Notes: generated from the sequence alone by a model not told the origin. DNA of 64,000 nt from Myxococcota bacterium (GCA_039194325.1 JBCCWC010000005.1:96008-160007), one strand, 5' to 3'; positions 11,537-26,503 are shown, numbered from the stretch's first letter. Made by a program: numbers and translations.

Positions 11537-12322
11537 TTGCCGATGGTGCCCCCTCGAACGCTGCTAGGTCCGGGCCCGTTCCGGGTCGAACAACTCCCCG
11601 AGCGCTCATCCTACGAGCTCTCGAATGGGCACGCGATCCTCTGCGCGCCCACCGGTCGACGAGGGGGTCGTTCGAACCTGATCGGCGGTGAAGTCCTCGA
11701 TACCGATCCCGCGGTAAAGTCAGCGGGTGTCGATGTAGGCTTCTCACCGAGCCCCGGGGACATGCGTGCGCCCGACATCTCGGTGGGCGACTTTTCCAAC
11801 GAGCCCGGCTGGGCGCCCGGTGCTCCGCCGCTCGCGGTGGAGTATGCCGACACGGGCCAGGACGAGGACGAGCTCCAGCTGAAGGTAGGCGAGCTCCTCG
11901 CGGCGGGGACGAAGTTCTTGTGGGTCGTTCGGTTGGTGGGCCCGCGCCGTGTGGAGATCCACGAGCCGGGTAAACAGATGCGCCTGGCGCATCCCGGCGA
12001 CGAGTTGGTCGCTCCGGGTATCTTGCACAACCCCGTGCGGGTCGAGGCCCTGTTCGATCGCGACGCGGCGCACGAAGCCACCCTGCGCAACCTGCTCCAG
12101 CGCCGCGGCTACGAGAGCCTCGATGAGGTTCGCCGGGTCGGGGTCGCAGAAGGGGTAATGGAGGGCTACCAGGACGCGCTCTTGGCGATCATGTCCGCGC
12201 GAGCGCTCGAGCTCACCGACGAGCAGCGCCGCCTCGTGCTTGCCTCGACCGACCCCAACGAGCTCACCGGCTGGATCGCTCGAGCTGCCACCGCGGAGTC
12301 CACCAGCGAGATCTTTGGCTAG
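11537..12322 (+). CDS. Uma2-family (PD-(D/E)xK) endonuclease with C-terminal helical extension
   Basis: YELSNG, RAPDISV, PPLAVEYAD, LLAAGT..LWVV; tail EG...LL....R...L..W..RAATA.S..EIF. Confidence 0.8.
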   Translation: MPMVPPRTLLGPGPFRVEQLPERSSYELSNGHAILCAPTGRRGGRSNLIGGEVLDTDPAVKSAGVDVGFSPSPGDMRAPDISVGDFSNEPGWAPGAPPLAVEYADTGQDEDELQLKVGELLAAGTKFLWVVRLVGPRRVEIHEPGKQMRLAHPGDELVAPGILHNPVRVEALFDRDAAHEATLRNLLQRRGYESLDEVRRVGVAEGVMEGYQDALLAIMSARALELTDEQRRLVLASTDPNELTGWIARAATAESTSEIFG

Positions 12323-12333
12323 CCCGTGCTAGA

Positions 12334-12909
12334 TTGACCCTGGTGACCTCGACCGCCCAGCAGGTTCAGGTAGAGCTGAACGAGTATCTTAGGGCCGAGC
12401 GAGCCTCGACGGTCAAGCACGAGCTGTGGCGGGGTGAAGTCTTCGCGATGGCCGGTGCGTCGTATGTGCACAACCGCATCGTGGCCAACCTGCTGGGTGT
12501 GCTTCGAGATGTACTCGCCGAGCACTCATGTCGGGCTCTGCCCTCCGATATGAAGATCCACGTGCCCTCGCGGGAGGGATTCGTCTACCCCGATGTGAGC
12601 ATCGTGTGTGGAGCACCCCAGTTCTATGACGAGGCGGCCGATGTCCTCGTCAATCCCGCGTCCGTCTTCGAGGTTCTCTCGGAGAGCACCGAGCGGTTCG
12701 ATCGCGGGGAGAAATTCTTCGGCTATCGCTCGATTCCTTCGCTACGGGAGTGCCTGCTCATTTCCCAGCAGGCGCCGCATGTCGAGCACTACGCGCGCCG
12801 ACCCGACGGAACCTGGGTTCTGGCCGACCAGATCGCGGGCGGTATGGTCTCGCTTGCGGTCGGCGGAAAGTTCTTGCTCGACCGTCTCTACGAAGACATC
12901 TCACCCTGA
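12334..12909 (+). CDS. Uma2-family endonuclease
   Basis: KHELWRGEVFAMAGAS..HN.I, YPDVSIVC, EVLSESTE.FDRGEKF..YRSIPSL. Confidence 0.9.
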   Translation: MTLVTSTAQQVQVELNEYLRAERASTVKHELWRGEVFAMAGASYVHNRIVANLLGVLRDVLAEHSCRALPSDMKIHVPSREGFVYPDVSIVCGAPQFYDEAADVLVNPASVFEVLSESTERFDRGEKFFGYRSIPSLRECLLISQQAPHVEHYARRPDGTWVLADQIAGGMVSLAVGGKFLLDRLYEDISP

Positions 12910-12974
12910 GCTCGACGGCCCTGGTGATGCCTGATGCGTGAGGGTACGTCTCGCGTGAAGCGACACGGACCGGC

Positions 12975-16400
<3,426 letters not shown>

Positions 16401-16647
16401 GGGTCAGCGAGAGAAAAATGTGTGGGGATCGATATCATCCCGTGGCGTCGAGATCGTGAGTATTTCGGCGCCAAGCACGATTGTCGGTCCACCAGCCCGC
16501 CACGGCCAGGCTCGGAGGAAAAAAAATCGATGAAGGATCTACGGGTGGTGGGTCGGTTATGGGCGAAGGCGTACATCCAACCTGTAAGGATCACACCTCC
16601 ACGGCCCACCTTGGGTCGGCGCCGGGCTCGCGGCTCTACCGCCCACG

Positions 16648-16677
16648 TTGACAGCAGCCGCGAGCCATTCTTATAAC
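16648..16677 (+). promoter_or_regulatory. Sigma70-type promoter of the tRNA-Gln/prs operon
   Basis: TTGACA (16648-16653), 18-nt spacer, TATAAC (16672-16677), then a GC-rich discriminator-like stretch. Confidence 0.7.
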
Positions 16678-16721
16678 GCCGCGCTTGGTGGGCCTGCGGC
16701 GCAATGTAGGTCTGCTTCCGA

Positions 16722-16796
16722 TGGGGCGTCGGCAAGTGGTAAGCCATCGGTTTTTGGTACCGACATTCGCAGGTTCGAATCCTGCCGCCCCAGCCA
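16722..16796 (+). tRNA. tRNA-Gln (TTG)
   Basis: Acceptor stem TGGGGCG/CGCCCCA, D-loop AAGTGGTAA, anticodon arm TCGGT-TTTTGGT-ACCGA, GTTCGAATC T-loop, encoded CCA; usual position upstream of prs. Confidence 0.96.
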
Positions 16797-16870
16797 AACC
16801 TCTCCTCGCCTACCTACCCTCCGCCCGCTCGACTCGGTGGCCTCACCGGGCGAGCTCCCGGGATCCGGCC

Positions 16871-17818
16871 GTGCACAAGACGCTCACCATCTTCGGCGGC
16901 AACTCCTGTCCGAACCTCACCAAGGACGTCGCCAGCTACCTGGGCATCCCGGTCGGGTCGTCGCGGGTCGAGCGCTTCTCGGACGGCGAGATCTTCGTGG
17001 AGATCGGGGAGAACGTGCGCGGGGTCAACTGCTTCATCGTGCAATCGACCTGCTCGCCGCCCAATCGCAACCTGATGGAGCTGCTCATCATGGTCGACGC
17101 GCTCAAGCGGGCGAGCGCGGGCAGCATCGTGGCCATCATGCCGTACTTCGGATACGCGCGGCAGGACCGCAAGGTCAAGCCGCGCACGCCGATCTCGGCC
17201 AAGCTGGTGGCCGACCTGCTGACCGCGGCGGGTGCGACCCGGGTGCTCTCGGTCGAGCTGCACGCGGGGCAGATCCAGGGGTTCTTCAACATCCCCTTCG
17301 ATCACCTGCTGGCCACCCCGGTGCTGCGCGAGAAGCTCGACCGCGAGCGCTTCGGCGGGGAGGATACGGTCGTGGTCTCGCCCGACGCCGGCGGCGTGGA
17401 GCGGGCGCGGGCCTATTCCAAGCATCTCAAGTGCGCCCTGGCCATCATCGACAAGCGGCGCGACAAGCCCAACGTCAGCCAGGTCCACCACTTGATAGGT
17501 GACGTCGCGGGCAAGCGGGCGATCCTGGTCGACGACATGATCGACACCGCGGGGACGCTGTGCAATGCGGCCCTCGCGGTCAAGGAGCACGGAGCCACCT
17601 CGGTGTACGCCGTCGCCACCCACGGGGTCTTCTCCGGTCCCGCGATCGATCGCCTCAACAAGTCGGTGCTCGAGAAGGTCTGGGTGACCGACACGATCCC
17701 TCAAGAGAGTCGCGCCGAGCGCTGCGATCGACTCGAGGTGCTCGGCCTGGGGCGCCTGCTCGGCGAGGCGATCAAGCGGATCCACCACGGCGACTCGATC
17801 TCGAGCCTTTTCCACTAG
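16871..17818 (+). CDS. prs: Ribose-phosphate pyrophosphokinase
   Basis: FSDGE, PYFGYARQDRK, VVSPDAGG, VDDMIDTAGT; start moved to the GTG downstream of the tRNA. Confidence 0.96.
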   Translation: MHKTLTIFGGNSCPNLTKDVASYLGIPVGSSRVERFSDGEIFVEIGENVRGVNCFIVQSTCSPPNRNLMELLIMVDALKRASAGSIVAIMPYFGYARQDRKVKPRTPISAKLVADLLTAAGATRVLSVELHAGQIQGFFNIPFDHLLATPVLREKLDRERFGGEDTVVVSPDAGGVERARAYSKHLKCALAIIDKRRDKPNVSQVHHLIGDVAGKRAILVDDMIDTAGTLCNAALAVKEHGATSVYAVATHGVFSGPAIDRLNKSVLEKVWVTDTIPQESRAERCDRLEVLGLGRLLGEAIKRIHHGDSISSLFH

Positions 17819-18004
17819 CGATGCCCCCCCGCAACTACTCACGAGCAAGCCAACGGGTCGCTGCCCCCCACGGGGGGCTGGCCGAGCTGTCCCGCGGCGT
17901 TTCCGGTCATCCGGACTGAACCAGGTTTCTCTGGGCCCTCGGCGGCGAGCCACCAATGGTGGGATGGCACCTACCCGAGGCCCACGACCCAAGCGAACGA
18001 CGAC

Positions 18005-18619
18005 ATGAGCGAATACGGCAAGATCACCGCCACTGTGCGGACCTCGCGGGGCAAGGGCGCAGCGCGTCAGCTCCGCATGAATGGCCTGACGCCCGCCGTG
18101 ATGTACGGCGGCGGCGGGGAGAACCTCGCGTTGACCATCGATCCCCACCTGCTCAACAAGGCGGCGGATCCGGCCAAGAACTACAACACCCTGTTTCACA
18201 TGACGGTGGAGGCCGAAGGGCAGCCCCCGCAACAGGTGCCCTGCATGATCGCCGATGTCCAGCGCGACGCGATCCGCAGCGATCTGCTCCACGTGGACTT
18301 CATGCGGGTCGATCCCGACAAGGAGGTCGAGCGCAAGATCCCGGTGCGGTACTTCGGTCGTGCGGCGGGCGTGATGGTCGGCGGCAAGCTCAAGACCATG
18401 CGGCGCACGGTGAAGATCTCCGCCAAGCCGGCCGAGATCCCGGTGGAGCTGGCCGTGGATCTGGCCCCGCTCGAGGCGGGGGCGTACTTCCGCATCAAGG
18501 ATATGACGCTGCCCAACGCGACCTTCCTCGAGGATCCCGAGGCGCCGCTGGCCTTCATCGAGCTGCCCAAGGCCAAGAAGGACGAGGCCGAGGACGACGG
18601 GAAAAAGGGCAAGAAGTAA
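18005..18619 (+). CDS. rplY: 50S ribosomal protein L25/Ctc
   Basis: RGKGAARQLR..G..PAVMYG, LLHVDF, GV..GG; lies between prs and pth. Confidence 0.95.
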   Translation: MSEYGKITATVRTSRGKGAARQLRMNGLTPAVMYGGGGENLALTIDPHLLNKAADPAKNYNTLFHMTVEAEGQPPQQVPCMIADVQRDAIRSDLLHVDFMRVDPDKEVERKIPVRYFGRAAGVMVGGKLKTMRRTVKISAKPAEIPVELAVDLAPLEAGAYFRIKDMTLPNATFLEDPEAPLAFIELPKAKKDEAEDDGKKGKK

Positions 18620-18664
18620 CCCTCGCGGGTGCCCGCTCCCGGTGGGGCGGGCATCGCTGACGCC

Positions 18665-19285
18665 ATGGCGGACGCCTCCCCCTGGCTGCTCGTCGGACTG
18701 GGCAATCCCGGCCGCGAGTATGCGCACAACCGACATAACGTGGGGTTCATGGTGATCGAGCGCTGGGTCGATCGGCACCTCACCCCCGGTGTTGGTGCGC
18801 CATGGCGTGAGAAGTTCCACGCTCGCACGGCGACCCTGAGCCTCGGCAGCGCACGGGTCGTGGCCCTGATGCCGCAGACATACATGAACCGCAGCGGCAA
18901 GAGCGTGGTCGCCGCAGCCCAGTTCTACCGCGTGCCGCCCGAGCAGATCGTGGTCGTCCACGACGAGCTCGACTTTCCGTTTGGCCGGCTCGCGGTCAAG
19001 AAGGGGGGCGGGCACGGGGGCCACAACGGCCTGCGGGACATCATCGGCCTGTCCGGGTCTCGCGACTTCGTGCGGATCCGGGTGGGGATCGGCCGGCCTC
19101 GGGCGGGAGGCAACGTGAGCCGTTGGGTGCTCACCGACTTCGACGAGCATGACACCGCGGTGTTACCGGATGTCGTGGACCGCGCTCGGGAGGCCGCGAC
19201 CGCCGTAATCACCGATGGCGTGCGATCGGCCATGAACACCTTCAATCAATCATCTTCTCCGAGCGGCCCCGGTGCCATCCCGTAG
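18665..19285 (+). CDS. pth: Peptidyl-tRNA hydrolase
   Basis: LVGLGNPG, RHNVGF, PQTYMNRSG, HDELD, GGHNGL. Confidence 0.96.
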   Translation: MADASPWLLVGLGNPGREYAHNRHNVGFMVIERWVDRHLTPGVGAPWREKFHARTATLSLGSARVVALMPQTYMNRSGKSVVAAAQFYRVPPEQIVVVHDELDFPFGRLAVKKGGGHGGHNGLRDIIGLSGSRDFVRIRVGIGRPRAGGNVSRWVLTDFDEHDTAVLPDVVDRAREAATAVITDGVRSAMNTFNQSSSPSGPGAIP

Positions 19286-19329
19286 AGGGTTCTGGTATGT
19301 AGCCGCTCGCCGAAAGGAACCAGTCTCCA

Positions 19330-21534
<2,205 letters not shown>

Positions 21535-21574
21535 GGAAGACGAGCGCGACGGCGTCGCGCCCGGCAGAATAAGC

Positions 21575-21610
21575 AAAGAGGGTCCCTCTACGGGGCCCTC
21601 TTTCGTTTTT
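21575..21610 (+). terminator. Intrinsic terminator after hppA
   Basis: AAAGAGGGTCCC-tctac-GGGGCCCTCTTT followed by a T-rich tail. Confidence 0.85.
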
Positions 21611-21745
21611 GTGCGGGGCGAGTGATCGAAATGATCACGGCCCGGTCTACTGGGCCACCGATAGTGCGCGGCCTGAGGCGGCGGCGTTCCTACGCCCTGC
21701 TCCTACGCCCTGGTTCGGTCGCGCCCTTGTGGTCGCAGCAGCGGG

Positions 21746-22525
21746 CTACAGCACGCCATTGCGGCGCAGGATCCAGCGAGTCATCGCGGCGAATTGTTCC
21801 TGGGGCTGCGCGAGTTTTCGTGCGCGAGTCCGGACTTGCGCCATCTCAGCGTGGTCACCGCGAGCCTTCGCATTCTGGAAGTCCTCGAGGATTGGCCGGA
21901 CCCGGCGATCATAGAACTTGGCACGGAGGCGGCAGAGCGTGTCGCGAACATCCAACTCGCTGGCTCGCACGGTCTGCCGCCCGCGTATTGTCGAGCCCAC
22001 GGGGACATAGCCGCGCCGACGGCCCATCCAGCGCCACTGGATATGCGCTTCTGGATCGTCCGTGCCACCGGGGTCGAGCAACTGGGCTTGCTCAGGGACC
22101 TGGGTGGGTAGTGTGCGGGGGGTGAGTGGGGACGCCCCTGGGTCGAGAGGAAAGAACGTCGCCTTCGGCGTATTGCAGTTCCGGCAGCAGAAGTACAGGT
22201 TGCCGAGCTCGTAGGCGAGCCACCAGTAGCCGGGGCGCTTGTGGCCGCGGTTGCGAGTATCGTCGCTTGCTTCGGTCTTGGGGCGGAAGTGCTCAACCGT
22301 CGCGTGCTTGATCTCGTATTCTCGTTCGCAGAAGCAGCACTTGTAGTGCTGCATCTTCCAGAGGCGCTCTCGGACCTCGTCGCTGGCATAGATGGTTCGG
22401 TCGAAGTCATCGGAGCGGAGCTGACCGCTCTTTGCTCGTGGGGCGATGGTGGACTCGAGATGGGCCTTGCCGTCGCGAAGGAGAGCTCGTGGCGCGTGGG
22501 CTCCGGTGCGGTCGATGTGGATCAT
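21746..22525 (-). CDS. HNH endonuclease, PtuB-like
   Basis: KCCFCE, VEHFRPK, YWWLAY...NLYFCCRNCN..K; 4-bp overlap with the upstream ATPase. Confidence 0.85.
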   Translation of the reverse strand: MIHIDRTGAHAPRALLRDGKAHLESTIAPRAKSGQLRSDDFDRTIYASDEVRERLWKMQHYKCCFCEREYEIKHATVEHFRPKTEASDDTRNRGHKRPGYWWLAYELGNLYFCCRNCNTPKATFFPLDPGASPLTPRTLPTQVPEQAQLLDPGGTDDPEAHIQWRWMGRRRGYVPVGSTIRGRQTVRASELDVRDTLCRLRAKFYDRRVRPILEDFQNAKARGDHAEMAQVRTRARKLAQPQEQFAAMTRWILRRNGVL

Positions 22526-23790
22526 TCGAGTTCACCCTCGGGGAACGATGGGTCTTCGGCCGCGAAGCTCGAAGCTTCGACATAGGGCTTCAATTGCTCG
22601 CGAAGCGCGGCGAGTTGCTCTTGGTCGGCTGCGCTGAGGTCGGGCTTGACCGACAGTTCTAGCGCCTGGCGCATCTTCAGCAGTAGCTCGGGTCGGCCAG
22701 CCGCGCTGACGTCGAAGAAGCTCTCCATCAGTTCGCTGCCCGTTTGGAGGCCGGGCTGCTCGACGAAGGTCCGCTGCTTGACCTCGCCGTCGACGAGTTC
22801 GAGGCCGATGATCTCGTCGGCGTCGAATCCGGTGAGCACCAGCGGAGAGTGCGTGGTGACCACGAACTGCAGGCGCGGGAACGTGGCGCGCAGGATGGGT
22901 ACGATCCGCCGCTGCCACGTGGGGTGGAGGTGTAGGTCGAGTTCATCCAGCAGAACGATGCCTTCGAGCGTATTGGGGTCCACCTCGCGTCCGGCGTCGA
23001 GGAATGCATGGCCCAGCAGATCGGCTACCCAGGCGAATGTGCTTTGGTAGCCCTGGCTCAGTAGGTGAGGGGGCAGCTTCATAGGTCCCCCGCCAACGTC
23101 GACTATCAGCCGTCGGGACTCCAGTAATTTCTCCATGCGGTCGACACCATGTGCGCCTCGCAGATCCATATTGATCAGCCAGGGGAGCAGGGAGTCGCCG
23201 TTGGCATCTTGCTCGAGTAGCACATCGCGCAGGACACGAGCATAGGTTGGGCCCAGATCGCGCTCCTTGAGGGCCTCGAAGAAGTCGGTGCCGAGCATCT
23301 TGTGACTGGTGTCGAAGAGCCCTTCGACGCGGTCCGCCACGGGATCGGTTGGAATTGCAACTTCACCGCGTCGCGGAAGTCGGCGGCCCGTGCCGTAGCC
23401 GACCACGAAGTAGCCGCCGGATCGTGCATCTCGAATGTCGTCGAGTCGCTCTGCGTCTTTGTCCCCCGCGAATGCGTAGCGACCTTTTTCGATCACCATC
23501 GTCGGATTCAACGCACTGAGGGGCTCGCGAGTCTCGAAGTGCGCGTGGATCTCCACGTCCCGATCTTCTTGGTTTTGTCGGACGTAGTCCGTGGCGTTCT
23601 CGACCAGCTTTCTGGTCATCTTGTCGCCGCTGCTTGCTAATGCGATCGCCTGGAGTATCGTGGTCTTGCAGACTCCATTGTCGCCCAATAGCACCGTCCA
23701 CATACGAGTCGACCCATCGCCACGGACGAACGAGAAGCTCTGGTCGGCGAGGATCTTGACGTTGCGGACGATGAGTTCCCGGATGAGCAC
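22522..23790 (-). CDS. ABC/AAA-type ATPase, PtuA-like
   Basis: GDNGVCKT, LSQGYQS, LLDELDLHLHP.WQ, TTHSP; GTG start behind a GAGGA RBS. Confidence 0.85.
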   Translation of the reverse strand: MLIRELIVRNVKILADQSFSFVRGDGSTRMWTVLLGDNGVCKTTILQAIALASSGDKMTRKLVENATDYVRQNQEDRDVEIHAHFETREPLSALNPTMVIEKGRYAFAGDKDAERLDDIRDARSGGYFVVGYGTGRRLPRRGEVAIPTDPVADRVEGLFDTSHKMLGTDFFEALKERDLGPTYARVLRDVLLEQDANGDSLLPWLINMDLRGAHGVDRMEKLLESRRLIVDVGGGPMKLPPHLLSQGYQSTFAWVADLLGHAFLDAGREVDPNTLEGIVLLDELDLHLHPTWQRRIVPILRATFPRLQFVVTTHSPLVLTGFDADEIIGLELVDGEVKQRTFVEQPGLQTGSELMESFFDVSAAGRPELLLKMRQALELSVKPDLSAADQEQLAALREQLKPYVEASSFAAEDPSFPEGELE

Positions 23791-24008
23791 AGTGGTTCCT
23801 CGGGGCCGTTCATACCACGTTCTTGCTTCCGGGCCTTTCAACCTTGGACCGAAAGGGTTCTCAGATAGCGTTCGGCGGTCTATGTGGCAGCGGGCATACG
23901 CCGATCGATCGAGTGGCGCGCTCGCTGGCTAGGGGCGGAAAGACCGAGGGCGTGCCAAACGGCGCCTGCCGCCCGCCGTTCTGCGCTCCTTCGTGTTCAA
24001 AGTATAGA

Positions 24009-24033
24009 TTGCGCAAAATTAAATTGTGCGCAA
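24009..24033. promoter_or_regulatory. Putative OhrR operator
   Basis: AT-rich inverted repeat TTGCGCAAAATT-A-AATTGTGCGCAA (11/12 match) just upstream of the MarR gene. Confidence 0.75.
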
Positions 24034-24058
24034 CTAAAAACGCGGTACGCTGTCAACG

Positions 24059-24520
24059 ATGGCGAAGCGGTCCGAGCTCCCCGAAGGTGCCCTGCGGCTC
24101 GACCGGCAGCTCTGCTTTGCGCTCTACGCGGCGACGCGCGCCATGACCCAGGCCTACCACCCGGCGCTCGATGCTCTCGGGCTGACCTACCCGCAGTATC
24201 TCGTGCTCTTGGTGCTGTGGGAGGAAGACGACCTGATGGTCAAGGAGCTCGGAGCGCAGCTCATGCTCGACTCGGGCACGCTGACCCCGCTGCTCAAGCG
24301 GCTCGAGGCGGCCGGGATCGTGAGTCGGCGGCGCGACCCCGACGATGAGCGACGGCTCCGCGTCACGCTCACCGCTCATGGCCGGCGTCTGCGTGCCAAG
24401 GCGCCGTCTGTCTATCGCTGCGTGGCCGAGCGCCTCGCCGACCAGAGTCCTCGTGAGCTCGCCAAGCTGCGGGAGCAGCTCGTCGCGCTCACCCAAACCC
24501 TCAAAGGAGACCCATCATGA
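24059..24520 (+). CDS. ohrR: MarR-family organic hydroperoxide sensor
   Basis: LRLDRQLCFALY, GLTYPQYLVLLVLWE, LDSGTLTPLLKRLE. Confidence 0.92.
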   Translation: MAKRSELPEGALRLDRQLCFALYAATRAMTQAYHPALDALGLTYPQYLVLLVLWEEDDLMVKELGAQLMLDSGTLTPLLKRLEAAGIVSRRRDPDDERRLRVTLTAHGRRLRAKAPSVYRCVAERLADQSPRELAKLREQLVALTQTLKGDPS

Positions 24521-24747
24521 AGACCCTCTACGCCGCAAACGTAACCGCCACTGGTAACGGCCGAGATGGCCACGTCAAGAGCGACGATGGCCTCATCGAT
24601 CTCGATCTTGCGATGCCCCCGGGCCTGGGCGGCAAGGGCGGGGCGACCAACCCCGAGCAGCTCTTTGCGGCCGGCTACTCGGCATGCTTCTGTCCCTATT
24701 CCAATGCCACCCGCGGCAACATCGACGTCGAGCTCAAGCTGGCCTAG
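24517..24747 (+). pseudogene. ohr: Ohr peroxiredoxin with large in-frame internal deletion (76 aa)
   Basis: N-terminal GRDG...TNPEQLFAAGYSACF is joined directly to C-terminal CPYSNATRGNIDV. Confidence 0.8.
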
Positions 24748-24772
24748 GAGTCCCTACCCGGCGGTCTGCGCC

Positions 24773-24804
24773 ACTACTAGCCCAACGAAAGTGGGGCTAG
24801 TGGG
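24773..24804. terminator. Hairpin between convergent genes
   Basis: CTAGCCCAAC-GAAA-GTGGGGCTAG stem-loop. Confidence 0.5.
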
Positions 24805-24805
24805 G

Positions 24806-26503
24806 CTAGTCCTCGCGCTTTCCTACGAAGTACCTCGTGCGGAGCCAAGGCGTCAGCTCACCCTGCTCATCGCGGATGAACGTGAAATCGAGGCCTAGAT
24901 CGGCGGATAACCACACATATGTCGACACCGGGATGAGATCGGGTTGCACTTCGAAGCCGCGCTCGGCAAAGGATGGGATCGAGATCTGCAAGCCGTTGGC
25001 CCCGCCCTCGGTGATTGCGATCTCCCCGATCTCCGCGGCGTCGTAGGTCCCCGCCAGCTCGGAGAACCGGCTAGGGTCGAGGTCCGGCGTGTACGTCGAT
25101 GGCGGCGGAAGCTCGTCGAGCACGACCTCGAGCACGGCCGACTGGGTGGCTGCGTGCGTGCTGCCGGTTCCATTCGACAGGATCGAGACGACCACGTCGT
25201 GATCGGGAACGATGATCAGCGAGGAGGTGAACGACAGCGTATTACCGCCGTGCTCCCAGACGGTGATCGGATGGTACTCGGTCGATGTGAACGGATCCCC
25301 GCTCAGCGGAAACTGGTCCCACACGACGATCCCGAGGCCATACGACATCGGGTCGCTCAGCTGGGTGTCGACCTCGGGGGTGGTGAGCATGGCTCGCACG
25401 TGGTCGCTGACCACCTCCTCGTTGCCGTGAATGAGGAAGTCTCCCCAGCGGCACATGTCCGACGGAGTGGAGAACGTGGCGGTGCCCGCGGGGCGCTGGG
25501 CGGCAGCGTCTTGCAGCTCCTCGATGGTCAAGGGGACGGGTTCGCCGAGCTGAAAGTCGGGGAACTCGCCGAGTACGACCTGGTCGGCATCGAACCCTAT
25601 CGAGTCGGCGTAGTTCCCGGCCGCCGCCGCTTCGGCCACTCGCGCGAAGCTTCGCGTCATGCCGAGCGGCGCGAAGATCTCCTCGTTCACGATGTCGGGA
25701 TAGCGGCGACCCTGCGGATCGTGCTCCTCGACGATGAGGCCCGCGAGGTCGACCCCGGGGTTGGAGTAGTTATAGAGCGTCCCGGGGGGCGTCATGACCA
25801 TTGCCGTCTCGCGGTAGGGGCCGTAGTAGTGTGAGGCGAGCCCTGCGTCGTCGCCCGTCCCCGTGATCACGTATGCGTCTTGTAAGCCGGACTGGTGGGA
25901 CAGTAGGTGCCGCATCGTCGTCTGCTCGGTCCATTCGGACGTAGATGCCACGATGAATTCGGGCAGCAGCTCGGCGATCGTGTCATCGAGGGAGTAGAGT
26001 CCGTCGTCCACCTGGGTCAGCACGGCCATGGCCGTGAGCTGCTTGGTGGTGCTGCCGATCATGAAGGTCGTGTCGATCTCCACGGGCACGTCGTCGAGCG
26101 GGCTCGCGGAGCCGAAACCCTCAGCCCACACGATCTCGCCGTGCTCCATGACGGCGATCGAGACGCCGGGGGCGAGGTTGCCGTCGAGCTCTTCGAGTAG
26201 ACTATCGACGGCAGAGTCGAAGCGAGTCTCGCGCGGGAGCGCGCCTTCTGAATCGGGCGGTTCGATCTCGGCGCCACACGCGGACACGGCGAACGCGAGC
26301 AGGGAGGCGATGGGGGCATGGAGGGTTCGTGGTCGGCAAGTTTTGGTGACAAAGCGCGCGATCTTCGACGGTCGTGGCTGGTAGCAGCAAGTTGACTGGG
26401 TCTGGTAGTTCGTATTCACGAAGTGATTGTGCGAGCCGCGATGTTGCTTTCGATGCTGGTTGTGTTTCGAATTGTTTCCGCCAATGCCCCCTGAGCGTGG
26501 CAT
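24806..26503 (-). CDS. Serine hydrolase / class C beta-lactamase-like lipoprotein (start uncertain, probably further downstream)
   Basis: GSTTK (SxxK), LLSHQSG, YNYSN, HGG; lipobox-like AVSAC. Confidence 0.85.
   Translation of the reverse strand: MPRSGGIGGNNSKHNQHRKQHRGSHNHFVNTNYQTQSTCCYQPRPSKIARFVTKTCRPRTLHAPIASLLAFAVSACGAEIEPPDSEGALPRETRFDSAVDSLLEELDGNLAPGVSIAVMEHGEIVWAEGFGSASPLDDVPVEIDTTFMIGSTTKQLTAMAVLTQVDDGLYSLDDTIAELLPEFIVASTSEWTEQTTMRHLLSHQSGLQDAYVITGTGDDAGLASHYYGPYRETAMVMTPPGTLYNYSNPGVDLAGLIVEEHDPQGRRYPDIVNEEIFAPLGMTRSFARVAEAAAAGNYADSIGFDADQVVLGEFPDFQLGEPVPLTIEELQDAAAQRPAGTATFSTPSDMCRWGDFLIHGNEEVVSDHVRAMLTTPEVDTQLSDPMSYGLGIVVWDQFPLSGDPFTSTEYHPITVWEHGGNTLSFTSSLIIVPDHDVVVSILSNGTGSTHAATQSAVLEVVLDELPPPSTYTPDLDPSRFSELAGTYDAAEIGEIAITEGGANGLQISIPSFAERGFEVQPDLIPVSTYVWLSADLGLDFTFIRDEQGELTPWLRTRYFVGKRED

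Noticed and set aside
16722..16796. tRNA-Gln as an island attachment site
   Set aside because: Flanked by the normal prs operon; no duplicated 3' end or integrase noticed
16685..16870. N-terminal extension of the prs ORF
   Set aside because: It runs through tRNA-Gln; Prs similarity begins near 16871
23791..24008. Possible retron msr/msd upstream of the PtuA-like gene
   Set aside because: No RT gene in the window and no convincing flanking inverted repeats seen
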